The notes below the pieces were generated by a model. That model was not told the origin of the DNA. It made no database searches and was given only the letters and a program-made list of their open reading frames with translations. Source: a virus (taxonomy: Duplodnaviria; Caudoviricetes). From it: a stretch of DNA of 64,000 nt. The translations under genes and the position numbers were made by a program. The DNA lies in IMG/VR virus record IMGVR_UViG_3300033067_002581, positions 32,001-96,000 of that record. One strand, given 5' to 3'. Shown piece by piece: positions 58,338 to 64,000 of the stretch. Every line of letters begins with the position of its first letter. Position 1 is the stretch's first letter.

Positions 58338-60230
58338 TTAGATGATGTTCATGTCCATGACGGTGACAGTCCCGTAGAAGTCAGACCTGATCATCTTCTT
58401 GCCGTATCGGGTCATGACACCCTTACGCGGCGTGAAGTCCTCCGGCGCGAAGATCGTCGGGGTGACGATCAGCGGGACATAAGGAGCGTAGCCGGTCTCG
58501 AGGTAGCTTCCGCCCTTATACCCGATCAGGATCTTGTTCCTAGAGAAGTACGGATCCTTGTAGACAGTGAAGCGGTTGCTCAGCGTCCCGATCTGCTCAC
58601 ACCCAATCGAGAACGGTGCGCTGACCTGACCTTGTGAGTCGATCGTCAGCTTCGGCTTGTAACACACTGATGACTCGATGATCGTCGCGACATCAGGGCT
58701 GATGACGATGAAGTTCGCAGAGCCGCGGAGCGTCTTGCGATGGATCGTGTTACCGACGTCGATGATCGTCTCGATCAGAGTCTCGTACCACTCCCTGACA
58801 GTGCCAGTGAAGTGTGGACCGACCGCGAGCGAGTTCGCCAGGTTGATCGTCCTGCCGCTGATCTTGTCGACAAACTTGCCTGGAGACCTGCTCCAATACA
58901 TCGTCGCGCCGTTGGCCTGCGTCACGAGGTCGTTCAGGATCTCTCTGTCGATCTCAAGCGCGACCTGCTGTGACAGGATCGATGTCAGCTCGACTTCAGC
59001 GTCCATCGAGTGATAGGCGTTGAGGTCCTGAGCCAGCTCCGGTGACCAGCGAGCGCGAAGCTTGCGAGTCGTTGCAGTGATCGGGATAGACTCGATCTTG
59101 ATGTCGATCTCAGGGATCGCTGGTGATGGCGACGTGCCAAAGTCGGACTCAAACGACGGGATCGTCAGGGTCGAACCGACAGAGTCACCGGCCTGCAGCG
59201 AGTCGGCGATCGCCATGCTGAACCATGATGCCGCTGTGGCGACAGCCGGGACAGCTGAACCAGTCGACAGCTTCACGACGAACTGCACGTGAGAGCCATT
59301 GAGGGGGTTCGGCGTGAACGTCGAACCGTTCCAATCACCGCGCTTGTTCAGGCGGCGGAGGTTGAGGATGCCCTTGCCAGACTGATACGCCTCGCCCCAA
59401 TCACTCGCGCCGTTATTCGTCGCGAACTTCGTGATCGCGATCTGCTCAGGAGACAGGAAGTCGCCGCGCTGGATCAGCGTCTGCATCGCGCTCACTGACA
59501 TGTGAGCGAAGCAGAAATTCAGCAGGCCTGCGGCCACGTCATTCGTCAACTGGGAGTCAAACGAGATGAAGCGAGCGTTTGAGCCAGTGATGTCAGACTC
59601 AGCTCGCACAGCGCCGCCGACAGTCCACGCATCACCTGTGCCAGTGAAGGCGCCGATATCGAGGCCAGAGCCTGAGAGGCTGTGAGAGCCTGTGTGAACG
59701 CGAGTGTAACCGACGTTCACGAGGTCATACATGCCACCTGCGGCAAGAGAGCCGCTCTGCACGCCGCGACCGGCTGGGTTGTTAAAGAGCGACTGACCCG
59801 CCTGATACGTCTCAGCGGTGGAGTTTGGATCGAGGTTCAGACCCGCCTCGCCACCGACGTTTGAACCGTAGGTGTAGTCGAGATAGAAAATCAGGCCCGC
59901 CGGCAGCGACATAGGTTGGATCGAGACGATCTCATTTGCGACGAGAGCGCCGAAGACCCTACGCACCATGGGAAACGCGATGTTCGAGAAACCGTTGATG
60001 TTTCCCGTGCTCGTTCCACTTGCTCCACCGGTGCTGATGCCGTTAGCACCCTCACGAAGGATCTGTGCGGCCTGGTTCTCGAGCAGCTGCGCCATGTTCT
60101 CGCGCTGCGTCTCGTCAAGGCCTTTCAGGAGGCCGGTCCGCGACCACTTCTCAGTCAGGCGGCGCCTCTCCTGCCCGACGTGTTTCTCTCTGATGCCAGA
60201 GAGTAGCTGGTTTACTGTGACAGTTGACAT
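58338..60230 (-). CDS. gp23: major capsid protein (T4 gp23-like)
   Basis: LLENQ, FPMVRRVF, VSIQPMSLPAGLIFYL, TRKLRARWSPELAQDL, EIDREI, APYVPL, GVMTRYG. Confidence 0.96.
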   Translation of the reverse strand: MSTVTVNQLLSGIREKHVGQERRRLTEKWSRTGLLKGLDETQRENMAQLLENQAAQILREGANGISTGGASGTSTGNINGFSNIAFPMVRRVFGALVANEIVSIQPMSLPAGLIFYLDYTYGSNVGGEAGLNLDPNSTAETYQAGQSLFNNPAGRGVQSGSLAAGGMYDLVNVGYTRVHTGSHSLSGSGLDIGAFTGTGDAWTVGGAVRAESDITGSNARFISFDSQLTNDVAAGLLNFCFAHMSVSAMQTLIQRGDFLSPEQIAITKFATNNGASDWGEAYQSGKGILNLRRLNKRGDWNGSTFTPNPLNGSHVQFVVKLSTGSAVPAVATAASWFSMAIADSLQAGDSVGSTLTIPSFESDFGTSPSPAIPEIDIKIESIPITATTRKLRARWSPELAQDLNAYHSMDAEVELTSILSQQVALEIDREILNDLVTQANGATMYWSRSPGKFVDKISGRTINLANSLAVGPHFTGTVREWYETLIETIIDVGNTIHRKTLRGSANFIVISPDVATIIESSVCYKPKLTIDSQGQVSAPFSIGCEQIGTLSNRFTVYKDPYFSRNKILIGYKGGSYLETGYAPYVPLIVTPTIFAPEDFTPRKGVMTRYGKKMIRSDFYGTVTVMDMNII

Positions 60231-60252
60231 AATGTGTTGTGTATCCTAACCG

Positions 60253-61773
60253 TTAGCGAGCGAGACCAGCGAGAACGCTCCATCGCGCTGCGCTGACGCC
60301 CTCATTGATCGTTGTTGACGAGCCAGAACCCACGGTCCGCGATGATGCACTCATGCGGCGAGCTCCACGATTCTCGTTTAGCTTCTGCGAACCATTCAGC
60401 AAGTCAATGACGCTCTCAAAGATCATCTTGACTTCCCTGACGGTCCCTGCCTTTGACAGGCGCTCCATGACCTGGCGCTTCTGCGCCGCGGAGATGTCGT
60501 TCCTGAGAAGCAGTTTGTTCGCATATGCGAGCTGAGCATTTGTCACGTTGGCTTTTGCCAACTCACTCGACTCATTAACTCGAGCCGACTGTGTCACAGC
60601 GCCTCGCGCTGGAATCCTGCGGCCTGGTGCCGCGCTGTTACGAGTGAGGGTCGCGATTCTCGCCTTACACTCGCGGTATGTCTTTAGCTTGCCCTCTCTG
60701 AGAGCTCTCGTCTTCAGGGCGCGCAGCCTCGAGATACTTCTCTCGGTCACGATATCAACGTCAAGCGGATCACCCTCAGCGCGACCATCACCAAAAGCGT
60801 CTAGGTGACCTGCGCCATGACCCCTGTTATCTGGGCGAGCCTCTGCTTCTCTGACGCTCCTCAGGCGAGCGATCTCAGCCTTGATCTCGGCCTCATCGAT
60901 CTCGATGACGTCATCATCACGCAGCGGCTCTTCAGCCTCGTGCTTGTTGTCATCGTCATCGTCATCGCCGCCATCATCATCATCACCACCGAAATCGAGC
61001 TCGTCACCCGAATCGGAATCATCCTGATTCGAGTCATCGCCGCCCTCATCATCGTTGGTGTCAGACGATTGCTCGCCGCCATCCTCACCATCTGACTCGA
61101 TCTCGACTCCGACGTCCTGCAGATCGATGTCCTCTGGCATACCAGTAAGCTTCAGGCTGATATCGTTCTCTCTGATTCTCTTCATCCCAATCTCTCCAAC
61201 AGCTAGCTGTGCTAGGCTGCGCTCCAAGGCTTCACTTAGCCGTCTTGTCGCACTATCGTCAGCGCCGCCAGCGTTGATCTGCGTGTACATATCTGTCATG
61301 TGAGCTTTTAGCTCCTGCAGGCGCTCTGCGTATGCTGGTGATCTTTTTGAGATCCTTGCGCCAAGCATCATCTTCGCCTCAGCGACAGCGCTTGTCACAT
61401 CATCCTCCATAGACGCATCATCAACACCATCAAGGATCTCTCCGCTGGAATCGATGACATCGGCAGATGGGATCGACGGTGACGGCGGTGTTGGGATCGT
61501 CGGGATGACAGGTTGCGGTGTAGGTTCTGGTCTTGCGACCTGCGCGTCAGCCGTGACAGCGGGTGTGACATTTAGTGTGACGTTTCCGGACGCGTCTGGC
61601 TCTGTCATCTGAACGTCAACGTCGAGGTCATCATCACCCGCTCCTATGACCTCGCTCTCAATGAGACGACGGATGCGTGGTAGAGTCGCGGCGAGCAGCT
61701 TCTCTGTGGCTCGCTCCTCAGCGACCTCAACGTATTTTCGCGCGTCAGTCAGCGCCTGCTCATAGACAGTCAT
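60253..61773 (-). CDS. prohead scaffold/core protein (gp22-like)
   Basis: upstream of capsid gene; acidic tract, many [LIV]xE sites, NAQLAYANKLL, ends WSVLAGL. Confidence 0.8.
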   Translation of the reverse strand: MTVYEQALTDARKYVEVAEERATEKLLAATLPRIRRLIESEVIGAGDDDLDVDVQMTEPDASGNVTLNVTPAVTADAQVARPEPTPQPVIPTIPTPPSPSIPSADVIDSSGEILDGVDDASMEDDVTSAVAEAKMMLGARISKRSPAYAERLQELKAHMTDMYTQINAGGADDSATRRLSEALERSLAQLAVGEIGMKRIRENDISLKLTGMPEDIDLQDVGVEIESDGEDGGEQSSDTNDDEGGDDSNQDDSDSGDELDFGGDDDDGGDDDDDDNKHEAEEPLRDDDVIEIDEAEIKAEIARLRSVREAEARPDNRGHGAGHLDAFGDGRAEGDPLDVDIVTERSISRLRALKTRALREGKLKTYRECKARIATLTRNSAAPGRRIPARGAVTQSARVNESSELAKANVTNAQLAYANKLLLRNDISAAQKRQVMERLSKAGTVREVKMIFESVIDLLNGSQKLNENRGARRMSASSRTVGSGSSTTINEGVSAARWSVLAGLAR

Positions 61774-62282
61774 GTGATGTTATGCTTCCCCAGCTGCAGA
61801 GTCTCTCTCGCGGCATCAAGCCTCAGCGCTCCGATCTCAGGACCCGCCTGAGCAGGGCTGATAGTGCCGTTAGTTCCGATCACAACGTTTGGTCTGACAT
61901 CTGCTGGTGTCACACCCGGATCGGCTGCTTTCAATGGATCGTTATTTATCGCGACGTTCTCACCGATAGCACCGGGATCTGCGCCGGGTGAGACCACGTT
62001 AGGCGTGAACGGTGTCATCGGCAGACCTTTAAACGGCTGCGTCGCGCTCGTCACCGCGTCAACAACAGCAGGCGACGCACTAAAATCTAGCGCGACGCGT
62101 GGAGACAGAAGTGGATCTCCAAACTGGACTCGCGGGATCAGCTTCTCGTTTGCTATCGAGACAAGCTTCTCATGAGTCAAGCTTCCATCATTCTGTGGAT
62201 CAAAAGGAAAGACCTTCGCAAGCAAGACGTTCTTTTTACGTAGCTTGCTGACGACGGTCCCGTATTTTCCTGTTCCTGGCAT
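61770..62282 (-). CDS. hypothetical protein (head module)
   Basis: 170-aa Pro-rich ORF coupled to scaffold gene. Confidence 0.6.
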   Translation of the reverse strand: MPGTGKYGTVVSKLRKKNVLLAKVFPFDPQNDGSLTHEKLVSIANEKLIPRVQFGDPLLSPRVALDFSASPAVVDAVTSATQPFKGLPMTPFTPNVVSPGADPGAIGENVAINNDPLKAADPGVTPADVRPNVVIGTNGTISPAQAGPEIGALRLDAARETLQLGKHNIT

Positions 62283-62318
62283 CTGTTATTTCTGCTATCT
62301 GTCAGATACGTATCATGA

Positions 62319-62744
62319 CTACGCGTCTGGTTTTGGAACAACTGACGATCTCGTCGGCAGCGGCGCGCTGAAGGCTAACTTTTCTAACAGATCACCAGCC
62401 TGCTCAACCACTTGTGGAAGAGCATCACGACGCCTCTCTGCGTGCTCTTGAGCCTGCAGCGTGGTTCGCTGCGTGTCTTGCAGGACGTCCTCAAAGATGT
62501 TTGTCGCAGCCTTCCTTTTAAACGAGATCGTATCAGCGGGCCTTCGCTCGGGACGAGCTTGTGATTCTGTCACGATCGGTCTCTGCTGCGTCGTCGCAGC
62601 ATTTGCGACTCGCGCCTCAGCTATCAGGCTGACAGCCAGCGACCTCATCTTCCTAGAGACGGCTTCATCTATTCGCCGATCTAGCTCCTCAGAGACAAGA
62701 TCCGCGACGATCTCACGAAGATCATCCATGTTTAACTTCATCAC
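62319..62744 (-). CDS. hypothetical leader-bearing head protein (MKLNMDDLREIVADLVSEE)
   Basis: leader, LIAEA and VTES sites; head module. Confidence 0.65.
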   Translation of the reverse strand: MMKLNMDDLREIVADLVSEELDRRIDEAVSRKMRSLAVSLIAEARVANAATTQQRPIVTESQARPERRPADTISFKRKAATNIFEDVLQDTQRTTLQAQEHAERRRDALPQVVEQAGDLLEKLAFSAPLPTRSSVVPKPDA

Positions 62745-63124
62745 ACACCCTCGAGGGTCCCAGCGGACCCGCTGTATTTCGGATACTCTTTTGCCTTGAT
62801 CAACGTGAGGCCGATCAGCAGCTCATATGACGCCGTTCCACCGAGCGCCCCGACGACGACAGTTTTGGTGCGAACTGACATGTCTATCGAGCTTCCTGGC
62901 GCGACGCTGACGCGGTGCGTACCGGCGACGCCTGCAGGCGTAAAACCCACGAGCAACGCTCCAGCAGAGCTAGAGAGGCACCTAGCGTGGATGCTAGAGC
63001 ACACGTTTGGAAGCTCGTGTTCTTTCGTCGCAGCGGGCGCGATCGTGGATGATGTCACCCACGGCACACCTGGCACGAGATATTCGACTAGCGAGTTCGG
63101 TCCTGGTTTTACGTTATCAAGCAT
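62741..63124 (-). CDS. putative small virion protein
   Basis: PG..EY.VPGVPWVTSS, ends YSGSAG...GV. Confidence 0.6.
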   Translation of the reverse strand: MLDNVKPGPNSLVEYLVPGVPWVTSSTIAPAATKEHELPNVCSSIHARCLSSSAGALLVGFTPAGVAGTHRVSVAPGSSIDMSVRTKTVVVGALGGTASYELLIGLTLIKAKEYPKYSGSAGTLEGV

Positions 63125-63164
63125 TATATCTCCGCGCGAGCGCGATCCGATCTAAACGTGTTGA

Positions 63165-63761
63165 TCAGCGCAGCGCAAGCGCCTGCGACGCCAGTCTAGC
63201 GATCCTGTCAGAGCGAGAGAACGCTCTCTTAACCTCAGCGACACTGAGCCTTTTACCCTCTGGCAACATGAAAGCGCCTGGCGTAGAAGGCTCTGAGACG
63301 TAGTCCCAGCATATCAGCTGGAAGTCGTCCTGAACGACGTGCCTGTCACCATCTTTTTTCGTCGACCCGACGCCCCTTGACGAGATGCCGATCTTCACTC
63401 CAGCCTCAACGAGGCTGCGAAGGATCTTCCCGCTCGGTGTGTCAAGTATCTCAACCTTACCTCGAACGACGTTTCCATCGAGCTCGGCCTCTAGGATGAG
63501 GTGAGACACGTTCTTTAGGTTTACGACGCTGTCATCAGGGTGATCTAGCTCGCCCATCGCGCGTCGCTCGATGATAAACTTTTGATAGTTCCTCACCTCG
63601 CGTTCAAGTATCGCAAGAGGATACACGCGGCCGTTCTGATTTAGCGTCTCAGCCTTCTGTAGGATGCCGCTCATGATGAGGCGGCCCCCGTTTTTAGACG
63701 CTGATTCGCGCACTAACGCGGGATCATATACGAAATCATCATATGTCGTTAAAAGATTCAT
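63165..63761 (-). CDS. gp21: prohead maturation protease (T4 gp21-like)
   Basis: NQNGRVYP, AMGELDHP, VSH, TPSGKIL, GISSRGVGS, DYVSEPSTPGA. Confidence 0.95.
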   Translation of the reverse strand: MNLLTTYDDFVYDPALVRESASKNGGRLIMSGILQKAETLNQNGRVYPLAILEREVRNYQKFIIERRAMGELDHPDDSVVNLKNVSHLILEAELDGNVVRGKVEILDTPSGKILRSLVEAGVKIGISSRGVGSTKKDGDRHVVQDDFQLICWDYVSEPSTPGAFMLPEGKRLSVAEVKRAFSRSDRIARLASQALALR

Positions 63762-63994
63762 GTGAGCTCTAGATCGATCAAGTAATCGATGTAATGCGTA
63801 ACTTCCGGATCATCAAGAGAGTCATCATCAGGTATCGCGTCCCAGATGCTAGAGGCCGCAAGAGCATACGCTTGATCACTATCAAGTGAACGAAGATCTT
63901 TTCGCAGCTGTTTCTTTGCTGCCTTGACGGCTCCTACACTCTCAGCTCGCGCAAAGAGTCGCTCAGCTGCGTCTTGTGGCGACTCTTGTGACAC
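63758..63994 (-). CDS. hypothetical protein (may extend beyond window)
   Basis: ATGA-coupled to the protease gene. Confidence 0.5.
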   Translation of the reverse strand: MSQESPQDAAERLFARAESVGAVKAAKKQLRKDLRSLDSDQAYALAASSIWDAIPDDDSLDDPEVTHYIDYLIDLELT

Positions 63995-64000
63995 GTCCTC

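Noticed and set aside
60940-61100. (TCA/TCG)n low-complexity repeat
   Set aside because: Encodes the Asp-rich tract of the scaffold protein
1-64000. Stop-codon reassignment (TAG/TGA recoding)
   Set aside because: Core genes are intact in the standard code, and TAG, TGA and TAA all end genes at sensible positions; only one isolated ambiguous TAG
1-64000. CRISPR array, tRNA/rRNA genes, integrase or IS elements
   Set aside because: No regularly spaced repeats, cloverleaf-like sequences or recombinase/transposase motifs seen; intergenic gaps are short

Overview
This window is a 64-kb segment of a large T4-superfamily-like myovirus (contractile-tailed phage) genome. No host genes, rRNA, tRNA or CRISPR array were recognised. 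Every credible gene but one (a DinG/XPD-like helicase) is on the minus strand. Read in transcription order (right to left), it contains: (1) a head module with gp21-type prohead protease, acidic scaffold and gp23-type major capsid protein; (2) three tandem Gly-rich fibre paralogs, gp13/gp14/gp15-like neck and terminator genes, two ~1000-aa tail sheath paralogs, tail tube, a tail chaperone with a probable +1 frameshift extension, tape measure and baseplate genes; (3) a replication/recombination module with a reduced PolA-like protein, HD hydrolase, SSB, RecA, dUTPase, 5'-3' exonuclease, DnaB-like helicase and class II RNR; (4) a nucleotide-metabolism/DNA-modification module with an MT-A70 methylase, dTMP kinase, all-alpha NTP pyrophosphatase, Pnk, UDP-glucuronate decarboxylase, NDT-like and Nudix enzymes and a 5-hmdU DNA kinase-like protein. 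The most striking unannotated signal is a shared short helical leader ending in [LIV]-x-E, the gp21-type protease site. It occurs on about 25 otherwise unrelated small proteins scattered through the structural operon, between the four modules of a 906-aa apparent polyprotein, and on two frameshifted relic genes. This suggests a modular capsid-targeting/cargo-ejection system. A second signal is strong [S/T]GS enrichment in predicted exterior virion proteins; together with a UDP-xylose synthase it hints at virion glycosylation. All calls come from motif recognition by eye; no searches were run.
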